64,000 bases of DNA. Source: Nitrosopumilus sp. GTDB taxonomy: Archaea > Thermoproteota > Nitrososphaeria > Nitrososphaerales > Nitrosopumilaceae. Position 1 is the stretch's first letter, and each line of letters begins with the position of its first letter. This document shows, in pieces, positions 52,267 through 62,695 of the stretch. Under the pieces are notes generated by a model. The model was not told the origin of the DNA and did no database searches. It saw only the letters and a program-made list of their open reading frames with translations. The position numbers and the translations under genes are program-made. The stretch is taken from the NCBI GenBank assembly GCA_965224195.1, contig OZ245040.1, positions 1,216,001 through 1,280,000 of the forward strand. Reading direction: 5' to 3'.

Positions 52267-53053
52267 GCTTCCTAGAAATCATAATCCAAACTAAAGAAAT
52301 GATACACATCTGCGTATCTGAAATCAAATTGTCTCCTCTAACGGGTAATCATGGAAATAATATTCTTATCTCGAATTCTCATGTGAACTGGTTCTGCATC
52401 ATACCCCTTGTCTAACACCATAACATTCATTGAAATGATATCAAGCATTTTAGAAAACAGCTTTGGGAAATGCTTTGATGTCATGAGAAATTGGATGATG
52501 TTGAATCACAACTGCACAAATTAATTGTGTTTTCATGTCAGAACCTGCTGAGCATTCTGTAAATGCATGCATGATATTACATCTGTAGGAATAGTATAGC
52601 GTGGCATGTTTGTTTTCAAATCCTGTCGCATCAATTCCTGCAAATATAGAACCAGGTGATATAATTTGGATGAACCGCCCTATTACAGCATGTAATGTTC
52701 CCTCACTGATTCGAGCTGCTGCCTTTTGTAATGTGGTAAAATGTGAGATGGTTTTAAGTTGTAATTGAATTACAATCTCTGCTGCAACATCCAGCCATTT
52801 AACAAATGACTCGCAGCTTTCTGACTCGTACTGTCCAAGGACTGGTAAAATGATGTGCTGGTGTATTGAAAATGTATGCTTTGATTTTGGATATACAAAC
52901 AACGGAGCATTCATTTTCTTTGGAATCTGGCGCATGATATTCATCATGCGGTGGTGTTTGTTTTTCATGGAATGAGAAATGTGTAATTATTGATGGATCT
53001 TGATAATTAGTTTGATCTACAATTAGGTAAAATCTTGATGATTTCTAGGCAGC
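52267..53053 (-). mobile_element. IS5-family element, frameshifted and internally deleted
   Basis: 16-bp TIRs gcttcctagaaatcat / atgatttctaggcagc; HFTTLQK, IDATGF, DKGYDAE in shifted frame. Confidence 0.82.
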
Positions 53054-53116
53054 CGCTGTATACACATGAACAATCAAACCAAAAAGATTAAAATGATTTG
53101 ACCTCAAAATTAAGAT

Positions 53117-53326
53117 ATGAAATTGCAAACAATATTTTGGAAAGAAGATAACATGTATGTGATAAAAGAAGCATCTACAGGTGTAACTACACAGGGCCAT
53201 ACCCTAGAAGAGGCACTGGTAAATATCAAAGAAGCAGTTAGTCTTTATCTAGAAGAATTACCAGATCTAAAATATACTATAGAAAATATGGATGTGGTTG
53301 GTGCATTAAGTGTTGAAATTCCCTAA
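53117..53326 (+). CDS. hicB: HicB antitoxin
   Basis: TTQGHTLEEALVNIKEAVSLYLE. Confidence 0.9.
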   Translation: MKLQTIFWKEDNMYVIKEASTGVTTQGHTLEEALVNIKEAVSLYLEELPDLKYTIENMDVVGALSVEIP

Positions 53327-53540
53327 ACTTGCAGGAAGCAAGATAATAAAAATTCTTGTTGACGAATTTGATTTTCAAGTTTCACGTCAGAGGGGGAGTC
53401 ATGTTGTTTTACATAAATTTGTAAAAGATAGAAAAATAGTCACCGTTGTCCCATTACATAAAGAGGTAAAGATTGGAACTATTTTCAGTGTTTTGTCACT
53501 TGCAGAAATCAAAAAAGATGATTTTCTTAAAAATCTTTGA
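53310..53540 (+). CDS. hicA: HicA toxin
   Basis: RQRGSHVVL..TVVPLH..GT. Confidence 0.9.
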   Translation: MLKFPKLAGSKIIKILVDEFDFQVSRQRGSHVVLHKFVKDRKIVTVVPLHKEVKIGTIFSVLSLAEIKKDDFLKNL

Positions 53541-53785
53541 TATGATGAACGCCAAATAATTAGTTTTGATAAGAAATTGTTTTCAGATCACCAAAATTTA
53601 ACAGCAGGGCTACAATAGAGAATTTTATTCTAAATTACCAAGTACAAATTATCAATAATATTCAAAATCAATTTGGAGAAGATCTTTATTTCATGATTAA
53701 TGATGTAGATCACTGGAATTTACCAGAACCGTTTGTTGAGTTGTTGATTTTTGTAGATTCTTGTTGATCCTGTTTTAATTCTAAT

Positions 53786-54512
53786 GTACTGTGCTGCACA
53801 ACTGAGTAATTTTTCTTACAGTTTACACTGAATCATTTGATTAACCATACACCTGCAAACAGATTATACAACGCAGTTTTGATTTCCAATTCCTTTGCCA
53901 TGTTGGAATATTTGTGTTCCATAACATGCCTCACCAAAGAACCGTTTGAATGATGAGAATGCCGACTCTACAACCCACCTGTCTCCATAGTCTACGCCAA
54001 GCTTCCACAGGATCCAAATTGTACAGTTGTGCCAAAACAGATTTTCGTCTTGGATGACAGTCAGCATAGATAGATGATGTCTTTCTCACTTTAATTGCAG
54101 GTAGTATTTCCTTGTCATAATAGCAGTATGAGAAATTATTTTTAGAATCATATGGACACCATCTGCCAGAACCTTTACTATCTTGTTATCATTCTTTTCT
54201 GCTTGTTCTACTAGGGAAGGTACAAGTTGAGCATCATGGGATGAATCATCAGTTATTTTTAGTGAAGGAATATTTTTTGTTTTGGCATCAGCTGCCACAT
54301 GAATTTTGAGGAACCCTCTTCTCATATTCCATTTCTGCCACATCCATTCACCCCTGTCTGCAGGCCTTAATCCCTGTTATCAGTTGCAATTACCACATCA
54401 TCACCAACTTTTTGGTTTGTCTTGACATGCAACTTGCTTACTCTTCTTTGTATGGTGGAATAATCTGGTACGTCAGGAATATGTTTTGCGTGAGATTTTA
54501 CCATTCCTTGAG
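53786..54512 (-). mobile_element. Decayed IS903-group-like element (5' part lost)
   Basis: RRGFLKIHV, DDSSHD, YGDRWVVES fragments; end gtactgtgctgcacaact resembles the 23478 TIR. Confidence 0.8.
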
Positions 54513-54514
54513 TA

Positions 54515-54947
54515 GACCTCTTGCATAATTAACCAAATCTGATAGAACAGTCCAAATTCATTCACAGCAAGATCCAAAGCTAAGTACAAACCATTTCATT
54601 TCATGCCAAATTATACAAAACTGGCAGGAAAACCAAAACAGTTCCTGAGATTTACAGGAATAACTGCAACACAATTTGATTTTTTGACAAAAGAGATACA
54701 GAAACAATACAAGATTACAGAGAGAAAAAGACTCTCAAAAAAAGACAGAAAAAGAAACATTGGAGCTGGAAGACCATTCAAACTTTCAGCAAGGGATAGG
54801 ATTCTGATGCTGCTAATTTACTATCGTTGCTATACAAGCTATGATTTACTGGAATATCTGTTTAGAGTTGATTCATCAACAGTGTGTAGAGACATTGCAA
54901 AAATAGAGTCTGCAGTGAAATGTGTAATTCCAATTCCTGTCAAACTG
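54515..54947 (+). mobile_element. 5' half of a second ISL2-like element, truncated by the next IS
   Basis: TA then gacctcttgc end; ORF 54603..54950 is an HTH_Tnp_4-like N-terminus whose stop is at the junction. Confidence 0.8.
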
Positions 54948-54949
54948 TA

Positions 54950-56015
54950 GATGAGTTGTGCAATCAGTCCAATTTGAGCATAATCTCAACATTTTCTAAT
55001 CATAAGATCCAAAGCTAAGGCTGAATTATTTTCAATTCATGTTTAATTGCACAAACTGGCAAAAAAACCAAAGCAATTCCTGCCAATAGCAGGATTAACT
55101 GTTCCACAATTTGATTCCCTATACAAAGAAACAAAGAAAAATTACAAAACTGCAGAACAAAAGGGATTGTCCAAAAATAGAGAAAGGGACATTGGTGCAG
55201 GACACAAGTTTGACTTGTCCTTCAAAGGCAGAATTCTAATGTTTTTCATGTACTACAGAATGTACACAACATATGATATGCCAGGGATGACATTTGATTT
55301 GGACAAACCAAACGTAATGAGAAACATCAGATGTTTGGAGCCTGCAGTGAAGCAGTCCATTATAATTGCTGCCAAAAAATATGCAGACTCAAAAAAGATT
55401 AACAGCATGCAGGAATTGCAAGAATTCTTTCCGGAATTAATTGCAATCACTGATGGCACATAACAGCCCATCCCAAGACCAAAAAACAAAAAGAAAAGAA
55501 GGACACACCATTCAGGCAAAAAGAAAAAGCATGCAGTACAAAATCAAATCGCCATAAATCTTGATGGGATAACAATCCACAAATCTGCACATTCGCCTGG
55601 CAGTCATCATGATTACAGAATTTACAAATCAAAGCATCCAACATTGTCTGAAGGGTTGTCGCAGTCTTATGATCTTGGATATTTGGGGATGGAAAAAGAC
55701 TTTCCAGAACAGGCAAGTGTTTTGCCATACAAGAAAAAGAAAGGAAAAAAATTGACTGTTACTCAAAAGGAGTGGAACAAGATGCAGTCAAAAATTAGAA
55801 TAAAAGTTGAACATGTTATTGCACAAATCAGGCAATTTCGGATAAATCGCGATGTGTTTAGAAACAAATTATGCAGATATGATGTGACAAGTGAAATTGT
55901 TTGTGGGCCTGTCAATTTCAAGATTAAATGGAAAGAAGAATTCATTGCAATTCCATAAAATTAAAAATTAAATGACAGAAAAGTTAGATTTTTGTTTGTA
56001 ATTGCGCAACTCATC
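54950..56015 (+). mobile_element. ISL2-like element copy 2 (nonsense at 55461)
   Basis: Same 1066-bp length, TIRs and TA flanks as 46722..47787. Confidence 0.92.
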
Positions 56016-56512
56016 TAATGCATAAAGGCATACATTGCAGCCTGCAAATACCACACATCCCGTCGTTTGCCGTAACGAGGCTTTCGCGTCGTCTTGAAAT
56101 CAATGACGGATGAGACGCCATCATATGCTGCAATGACATCTGCAGTTCCGGCCACTTTGAGGGAATCTGATTTTAGCACAGTCTCAAGGGATTGTATGTT
56201 TGTGATTCTATCAAAGTGCTGTTCTATTTGTGAAACATGTGCAGACGAGATTAGACCTGTTTTGTCAACATCAAGTCCAGCTAATTTTTGGTATAAAGCT
56301 GCATGTGTTGCAGTTCCAATTTTTGCTGCATTGTTTCGTCGATCTTCTAAAGCTTCTGGGGATAAATTCACATACTGCATCCACGATTTGTCCTGCATTG
56401 AGTCAAGCAGTGTTGTTGCAGACGCATAGATTGAGTTGTCATGAGAGTAATATCGAAAATCATTCTCATCGTGGCAAACTATTTGTTCTTGTTGAATTTG
56501 TATTTGTTCCAT
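56015..56512 (-). pseudogene. Phage-type PD-(D/E)xK exonuclease (MGME1/Cas4-like fold), truncated by IS
   Basis: YASATTLL, GTATH, AGTADVI..VIDFKT, LQAAMY; stop created at IS junction. Confidence 0.8.
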
Positions 56513-56586
56513 GGCATAGTATACATTGAACGTATACTTATAGTTTTACATTGAATGGATATATACTTCTAATGTTAGAGATTAAT

Positions 56587-56730
56587 ATGAGTAAAAAAGT
56601 TGATGGTAATTATTGGCGACATGAATGCAATAGATGTGGGTATATTTGGTATAGTTTGAACAAGGAACCAAAAACATGTCCGAATTCAAATTGCAGATCT
56701 CCATACTGGAATAAAAAGAGAGTAAGATAA
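56587..56730 (+). CDS. 47-aa zinc-ribbon protein
   Basis: CNRCGYIW..PKTCPNSNCRSPYWNK. Confidence 0.7.
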   Translation: MSKKVDGNYWRHECNRCGYIWYSLNKEPKTCPNSNCRSPYWNKKRVR

Positions 56731-56804
56731 AACAGAAGGCGATGACTGATCTTATGCCCACGAGCCCTCATAAACTTAAATGACTCAATAATTCCAAAAT
56801 TACA

Positions 56805-57668
56805 ATGATAAGATTAAGTTCGTTATTGCTAGCTATATCTTTAGTAGCAGTTGCAGTAACCATGACTACAATCCAACCAGTATCAGCAAATACCACCGAT
56901 AATCTATTTGCAGACTTTAGATCAGATATACATGATCTAATATTCTCAGGTAATTACACTTGGGAGCAAGCAAAAGATATTCAACACATACATGATGCTG
57001 AACTTGAACAAATCATCGATCAAATCGAGATAGGTAAAAACGAGAGAATGGATCCACAAAGTAGAGAAGGTCTCAAGGAATACATGTTGTTAGAAGAAAT
57101 AAAACACCAACAGCTTCTTCATGACAAGTCCAGAGTTATTGATTCTACTCAAGGATCTGAAATAGAAACAAATGATCCGGAATTATTTGGATACTTTTTT
57201 CCTGCAGCTTTTGCAGACTGTGATAAACAATCTGAGCTCGTTTATTTCAGACAGTCTTAAATTGATATCCGGGGCGGTACCTTAGATGGTTTCACTTTTG
57301 AAGGAAGTAATGATTTAACTTCCGTCACTAGAGAAATTCTTGATGATTGTTCTGTCTTGTATGTTTTGACCTTTGAGGATGAAGATCATCCTAAATGGGA
57401 TTCTTGGTATGATGATGCACGTATTGTGATTTACCAACGTGTACAAGATATTGAAAAGTTCACCATATTTGATGATACCATAACATATGTTAACATCTGG
57501 TCTGATGACAAATCATATAGTTATCTTAAATATGGTGCATTTAGTCAACATGCCGACCATGTTGGTGATTTTGAAAGAATCATGTATGTTGCAAATACGT
57601 GGAATCATTCAATGGATACTGAAAATACAAACCCCGACTTGAAACAAAAGTTTCAAAGATTCAGGTAA
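56805..57668 (+). pseudogene. Secreted protein split by one in-frame TAA (57258-57260)
   Basis: ORFs 56805..57260 and 57357..57668 share a frame with open sequence between. Confidence 0.75.
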
Positions 57669-57691
57669 CTCCTATTTTTTTGTAACTTCTT

Positions 57692-57895
57692 TTAATTTAA
57701 AATATCACTCCAAAAATTATTACATTTTAGTTGACTGTGTTCTAAGCATAGTATATCATCAAGTGTACGAGGAACACAATCTACCACACCTCCACGCTGA
57801 TATACACATGTCTCAATAAAACCCAAACTAATAATCGTAACAGCTACAACTGCAACACCAATCAAAAACAACTTGTTACCAAAACTTAACTTCAC
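57692..57895 (-). CDS. Small membrane-anchored Cys-containing protein
   Basis: TM followed by four Cys. Confidence 0.5.
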   Translation of the reverse strand: MKLSFGNKLFLIGVAVVAVTIISLGFIETCVYQRGGVVDCVPRTLDDILCLEHSQLKCNNFWSDILN

Positions 57896-57966
57896 ACTGC
57901 ACTATAAGGAATTAGAGTTAAAAGTTTTATCAAGTTAACGGGTGTTAGGTAAAAATTTTATTCGTG

Positions 57967-58248
57967 TCAAGTGTCGGGTGTTTTTGAGGTATTGACTATA
58001 AACTCAAAAACTTTTTCTTTATTTATGATAATTCTAAGTTCATCATCATTTTTGAATTGATATTTTGTATATAATTGAGTAAGCATAATGCAATTTTTGT
58101 TATTCACTTTTATTTTATAGGTTCTTCCTTGAAATTTTACTTTAAAAATCTTATCTTTTGCTGGAAATTTTGATCTGGTTTCTTTTGGCAATCCCACATA
58201 CTTGTATTTAGATTCACTTGCAGATAAATTTTTGACAAAATCTATCAT
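57967..58248 (-). CDS. Small protein, possible B3/EcoRII-N-like DNA-binding fold
   Basis: FVKNLSASESKYKYVGLPK resembles FxKxLTxSD..LxIPK; ATG at 58248. Confidence 0.4.
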   Translation of the reverse strand: MIDFVKNLSASESKYKYVGLPKETRSKFPAKDKIFKVKFQGRTYKIKVNNKNCIMLTQLYTKYQFKNDDELRIIINKEKVFEFIVNTSKTPDT

Positions 58249-58291
58249 CCAACCAATCACCTTTTCACGTTTTGAAAAACACAAATCAAGA

Positions 58292-58675
58292 TTATCTGGA
58301 AATACCTAAATCCAGTTCCATGATCGTGCCCATATCTCCGTAATTACAATGATCAATCTCTATTTTAGAATCATTGACAATTATCAGAAAATCATCATCA
58401 TTTCCATAAAGCGTATTTCTTGAAACTGCATTTATGGTTGTATGTAATTTCTTTTTACCATTGCTAGATTCACGCCCAAATTTTTCAAGTAATGAAATGT
58501 TTATTTTTTCTGGTAGAGGTGCTTTTGTAAACAGTGTAAGCATACTAGATGAGCCTTTTCTAGCTGATTTTAGTTCTGTTTGATGTTAATTGGAACCTGA
58601 AATATTATTTTCTTCAATGCCCAATAAATTCTCCAATGTTTTAGCAATACCTGTATTTCCAGAGACAAGAAGCAT
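58292..58675 (-). pseudogene. MvaI/BcnI-family restriction endonuclease remnant
   Basis: GNTGIAKTLENLLGIEENN..*..ELKSARKGSSSMLTLFTKAP; in-frame TAA, truncated. Confidence 0.75.
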
Positions 58676-58689
58676 AATGTTATCTCTAC

Positions 58690-59250
58690 TGAATTTGGCT
58701 GGAACTATTCTTGTGAGGATCAGAATTTTAGAAAGACTTGTTGCAAACATTCCATGCAGTAGAGATTAGCTTGGCTATTAGAAAAGAAGTAAAGCCAAAA
58801 GTTGTTTTAAGTTCCGTAAATATTGATTCCTGTATGTATTGCAAATCTGACAAGATAAGAAAAGATGGAATCAGAAAGAACAAGACACACTCAATCCAGA
58901 GACTAAAGTGTATAGACTGCAAGAAGTATTCTCTATCAATCTGGGATTTGAAAAGATGCATGCCTCACTTGAAACTATCACCAGTGCAATGCAACTTTAT
59001 TTCACAGGTGAATCTCTAAGAGGTGTTAAACAATTCTTAAAACTTCAAGGTATCAATATGTCCCATCAATCTGTTTTCAACTGGACCAAGAAATACACCA
59101 AACTCATGGACAATTATCTCAATACAATTACTCCGCATGTAGGTGAGAAATGGCACGCAGATGAAGTGTGGCTCAAAGTAAGGGGTGATAGAAAGTATTT
59201 GTTTGCCATAATGGACAACGAGACTAGATTTTGGATTTCCCAAGTAGCAG
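58690..59250 (+). pseudogene. IS6/IS240-like transposase fragment with SWIM-like and Zn-finger N-terminal parts
   Basis: SCED..CKH, CMYC..CIDC, GESLR, WHADEVW..KYLFAIMD; frameshifts. Confidence 0.8.
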
Positions 59251-59699
59251 ATTCAAATTTCCCCCTTTTTCTTTTTTTAAATGCCACAAAAATGCCTAGG
59301 ACTATGCAAGAAATTTCAGTCAATGTCCCCCTAACTGCATCTGGAATTTATCATGATCAAGAGAGCAGCAGCAGAAAAAATATAATTAGGCCAAAAGCGG
59401 GAGCGAAGAGAAGGACGAAATCAAAAATGCACGCGGTTCATCATCTCCTTTTAAAAATAATTTTTGGCAATAACATTATTGCATATCAGGTTCTGCTAAC
59501 TTATCAAGGGATATGAATTTTCTCTAAATTGAAAAATTTGAATTATGAAAGATATTATTTGTATAAGCATATAGTCAAAAATCACAGAATTAAAAAAATT
59601 GTTTGTGGTGTGCTAAAAATATCAATTAGTTCATCAATGGATTCCATACAAAAAAAGATGGAATCAGGAATCGTACATTGCAGTCTTACTTTTAAAGTC

Positions 59700-60079
59700 A
59701 TCATCATCTGGTTCGTATGTGGTATGACTAGTCTGGCAGTCCAAGTAGTTCGATGAAAGTCACTCTCCTCTGGATTTTTCTCAATATCTTTGTCAAGTGA
59801 TTCTAATTGCGCATCAGACAGTCGACAAGGCCTGCCTGGACTCTTGCGATCGTATCTCCAATCCATGCTGGTTTTGAGCTTACTCAACTATTCGTGTATG
59901 GTACTTGTACTCTTTCCAATTGCCTTGTGTATTTCAGATAGAGTCTTTCCTCCCTTTCTGAATATGGCAGCCCAGATCTTGGTTTTGACCTTGTAGTCTG
60001 GTTCATTTGCATGCATCAATTTGAGATCTTCTATAATGGAGTTTTCCGATTCATTAGTGGGATTACTATGGGCGATCAC
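59700..60079 (-). pseudogene. IS630-family transposase N-terminal fragment
   Basis: STIHE*L..DRKSPGRPCRLS..WTARLV. Confidence 0.7.
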
Positions 60080-60612
60080 AACTGTAGTAGGAACACTTTC
60101 TGCCCTTTGAATTTTACTGTGTGGCCAACATCGGAAGCATCCGTGACAGGTTTGTTTTTAAGAAATTTTTATTTTATTTTTCACCTGCCGCATGATTCAA
60201 AAAATAATATCAAATCAAATTCAGGATTAAATGAAATGGGTATGTTTGATAGCAACAATGAGATGCATATTATTGTATTTAGGTTAAAAAAAGGCATTGC
60301 ACCGGTTATAGTTAAGATTCCAAAGACCAATGTGGATGGTAGTAAAATGAGATATAGTGGTTTCATTTTAAAAAAAAGAAAAGATGGTTGTCATTTAAGT
60401 CAACTCAATTAATCTTGCATACCCGTTATTGTATGATGATTCGCCAAAGTATCCTGTATTGCCTTGGTTGTAAAGTCCAGTTGAACCTACACCAGTGTTA
60501 CCTGATAAATCATTCCTTAGAAGAAGATCTATATTTCATGTTATCCCTCGAAGATTACACAGAACCCAGAAAAACTAGCTTTGTTAATAAAGCTAGTTTA
60601 ACAATTTCAATA

Positions 60613-61439
60613 TTGTATAAAAACGCAAAAACCATAGTATTTGCTTCGGTAATTGTGGCAATGATTCTGCCATTTTCTGGTATGAATTATGCATAAGCAA
60701 AAACAGATGAAACAAAATATAGCAAATCAGATGTTGACAAATCATTTAGGAATTCAGAAGGTTATGTCAGTTTTGAGAAAAAGGACAACCAAATGAAAGT
60801 AGACATTAGAAAAATGATCAACGATGGTCTAGATGCCAAAGATATCAAGATTATTGGAGCATGGGCAAAATTATACAACAATGTATGAAATCTTACATGA
60901 ATGGTGATAGAGAAGGAACTGGTGCTGCTTTAGCAAAAGCTGCTACGGGTCCTTTCAGTCATCTTACAAATGCTCAGACAACCGCAATAGGATCTAATGA
61001 TGGTAGTGTAAGTAATGCTTCTTACATCACTCCTGTTAATTATTGGTCTTTGTCTGCTTGTGGAATCACTTATGGTTCTAATGATCATCCAGAACCTCCA
61101 ATTGAAATTGGATTGCATGATTATTACAGTCTATCTTCTGCACAATCAGAATTAGCAAGTTCAGGATATTATCAAGTTCAATGGCCTTGGATTGATGTTG
61201 GCGATGATGGTAAAGTCTATGCCAAAATAAATACAACAGGTTATGGTGATTGTGATAATGGTGAATTTAGAGATGAAAATCATATCTACGATACGTATCA
61301 TGTCAAAGTAGATAATGTGTGGTATGAACCTGTTCTAAGTTTAATACAGGTAAATGAGCCAAACCCTGATCTGAATGCTTATTCTGCTCCAACCTTCTGG
61401 TGAGATGTTTACGTTGCTGCTTGGCATTATAGCAACTAA
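60613..61439 (+). pseudogene. Secreted EPNP..WW..WH-family protein, disrupted
   Basis: KTIVFASVIVAMILPFSGMNYA* signal, frameshift near 60880, EPNPDLNAYSAPTFW*DVYVAAWH. Confidence 0.7.
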
Positions 61440-61496
61440 CCTCTTTTTTTTTATTTTGAAAAAATAATATTAATTCCAATTGGAATTTTAATTTTC

Positions 61497-61779
61497 ATGG
61501 TGATTATGTTTAGTCTTGTATTGATTGCAAATTATGTACCCTACAAAACTTGGGGAAGTAATGAACACTATTATTTACCACAAGATGGTTTTGAAGTGAC
61601 TTGTGATTATATGCCGTTACAAAAACCAACTAATTGTAGATTCGTAACATCTCAGGCTGTCCATCACATATGCTGGAATTTCTGTGTTACAAAAACCAAC
61701 TAATTGTAGACCCGTAACATCCGATAATAATTTTCCGGATGTTGAAGCAGACACTATCACCATATCCCCAAAACTATAA
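61497..61779 (+). pseudogene. Small membrane protein frameshifted by the 61616-61721 duplication-insertion
   Basis: Removing one 70-bp unit gives ..CDYMPLQKPTNCRPVTSDNNFPDVEADTITISPKL*. Confidence 0.6.
61616..61721. repeat. 36-bp direct repeat x2 (2 mismatches) flanking a 34-bp unique insert
   Basis: gttacaaaaaccaactaattgtaga(tt/cc)cgtaacatc at 61616-61651 and 61686-61721. Confidence 0.95.
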
Positions 61780-61874
61780 AAATCATAAAAACTAAAGAAT
61801 ATTGAAAGGCTCGGTTAATGATTCAAATCATTTTCATGGTGAATCAATAGTGCACGCGGCTCATTATCGCCTTT

Positions 61875-62286
61875 CATCCTACTCTTTGTTTATTCCAGGT
61901 AATCATATCAACAGTATGAAGACATGTTGAGCTAAACCAATCCTTGAAATTGGTACATAGATGAAACTTGTCCAACCATAAGAACAGGTGGCCAGACGAA
62001 ATCAACACTCGGGCCAGTTCATGGATAAATTCAGATATTATAATGTCTCATTCATTTGTGGAATTTCAACTCGTTTATGATTTCTTGAAGTATCTTCATT
62101 GCCATATTTCATCTGTTCATATACTCCTCTGTATTGAGGATCAAAAAATGAAACAGGTATGCTATTATCACTAATCTTTGAGAGGAATTTTAAACCGTCC
62201 ATTTTAAGTTTTTTGTTAGTTTTCAACATGCGTGGTAGTACTAGTTCTGGTGCAATCACTGTACGTGTAGCAGAAAAAACACTCAC
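61875..62286 (-). pseudogene. N6A/N4C DNA methyltransferase (beta-class-like) remnant
   Basis: MDGLKFLSKISDNSIPVSFFDPQY, then shifted FIHELARVLISSGHLFLW..ITWNKQRVG; truncated. Confidence 0.75.
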
Positions 62287-62462
62287 TCCGAATCACCCAA
62301 GGCCACAAGTACTTTGCCATTTTTTTTAATCTCAAATTCAAGACTATTGCTTGCTTCCAAGTGAATCATTATTGGTTTTGGGATTCTACATATATTTCCA
62401 CCATTACCGTCATCATTCACTCTTACTCGGAATTTTGTTGCATCCTTTTTCCATTTTGGCAT
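62283..62462 (-). CDS. 59-aa AbrB/SpoVT-like protein
   Basis: MPKWKKDATKFRVRV..CRIPKPI..LEFEI; GTGA overlap with MTase start. Confidence 0.6.
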   Translation of the reverse strand: MPKWKKDATKFRVRVNDDGNGGNICRIPKPIMIHLEASNSLEFEIKKNGKVLVALGDSE

Positions 62463-62695
62463 GCTAGATGTTTAAAGTGCTTGTATTTATTGTTGTTATT
62501 AGATCTAATAATAATTAGTACTAATAAATATAGAATTATATATTAGTACTAATATAGAATAGATATGATTCAGATAAAAATGAGAGAGATGATGAAACTA
62601 ATAACTGAATCATCATGTAGAATTACAGCCTGTTATTCTGATCTCTCATTTTCTCTTTTCGTTTGTTCCTTATTAATTTTCAAGAGGTCTTATAC

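Noticed and set aside
56015-56512. Exonuclease as CRISPR-associated Cas4
   Set aside because: No Fe-S cysteine pattern visible, phage-exonuclease motifs, and 36 kb from the cas operon.
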